Shown here piece after piece: positions 63,839 to 64,000 of a DNA stretch of 64,000 nt. Source of the DNA: an uncultured Opitutaceae bacterium (lineage in GTDB: Bacteria; Verrucomicrobiota; Verrucomicrobiia; Opitutales; Opitutaceae); contig CAZDZL010000004.1 in NCBI GenBank assembly GCA_964509885.1, positions 12,167 through 76,166 of the forward strand. The letters run 5' to 3'. How positions within the stretch are numbered: position 1 is the stretch's first letter; each line of letters starts with the position of its first letter. Below the pieces are notes generated by a model. The model was not told the DNA's origin, searched no databases, and was given only the letters and a program-made list of their open reading frames with translations. The position numbers and the translations under genes were made by a program.

Positions 63839-64000
63839 ATGGCACGGTTGAGGCAGACTCTAGCGGCGGCCGCTTTCGTGATGGTCGCCGCGTGCGCCCT
63901 GGCGGCGCCGCCCACCAGGCAGGACGCGATGCAGGCCATCTCCGTCCTGGAGAAGAACCTGCTCGGTCCCGCCGCGGCGGACGCCGCGAGGACGATCGTG
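63839..64000 (+). CDS. partial ORF for a secreted protein or lipoprotein, 3-prime end cut by the window edge
   Basis: ATG 63839. MARLRQTLAAAAFVMVAACALA signal/lipobox-like. The frame is open to nt 64000. Confidence 0.4.
   Translation, partial: MARLRQTLAAAAFVMVAACALAAPPTRQDAMQAISVLEKNLLGPAAADAARTIV

Noticed and set aside
1-64000. Looked for CRISPR arrays, tandem repeats, IS elements, integrases, toxin-antitoxin pairs, reverse transcriptases and known defence-gene signatures.
   Set aside because: No regularly spaced direct repeats and no transposase, integrase, RT or nuclease motifs were seen in any of the six frames. The window appears to be core or accessory metabolic chromosome rather than a mobile or defence island.

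Overview
GC-rich bacterial chromosomal segment; G+C is about two-thirds by eye (not computed), with a few clearly AT-richer patches. Gene content suggests Verrucomicrobiota (Opitutales-like) or a related PVC-group organism. The evidence is a PEP-CTERM protein made of autotransporter-associated beta-strand repeats, a PSCyt/DUF1549/DUF1553 + DUF1501 pair, YVTN propeller proteins and TAT-signal NIPSNAP/NHL proteins. I support about 63 CDS and one good intrinsic terminator. I saw no rRNA, tRNA, CRISPR array, transposase or integrase. Layout: (1) 1-900, tandem azurin-like genes. (2) 1000-4900, miscellaneous secreted and enzyme genes. (3) 4934-10074, a P1B-ATPase operon carrying two unknown genes, divergent from a PAS histidine kinase and NarL-type regulator. 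(4) 10071-19544, a nitroreductase and a Cys-rich protein, then a complete cbb3 oxidase cluster (CcoS-like, fused CcoNO, CcoQ-like, monoheme CcoP, CcoG, small TM protein, DsbD_2-like, CcoI). (5) 19586-28678, PocR/AraC regulator, nitroreductase, Zn-ADH, DUF2934, Pat-like acetyltransferase, third azurin, FAD monooxygenase. (6) 29001-33417, YVTN surface protein and a fatty-acid desaturase overlapping lpxD. (7) 33420-35700, a low-GC islet (DUF899, VOC). (8) 35698-42063, PEP-CTERM repeat protein, ribokinase and esterases. (9) 42167-49375, a tightly packed PSCyt-DUF1553 / DUF1501 / PSCyt-LRR / NHL operon. (10) 49402-55900, BON protein, ECF sigma, a second NarL-type two-component system and a paralog of the unknown protein from block 3. 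(11) 56737-63071, mtnA-like isomerase overlapping an aldolase/SDR fusion, AKR, and an OFA-family MFS transporter with an untracked small ORF. The best candidate for something undescribed is a duplicated two-domain protein of about 230 aa (7002-7700 and 53618-54304); each copy sits next to its own NarL-type two-component system. All family assignments come from motif recognition by eye; no database search was run. Most long ORFs in the track that lie antisense to these genes are high-GC shadow ORFs and were not called.
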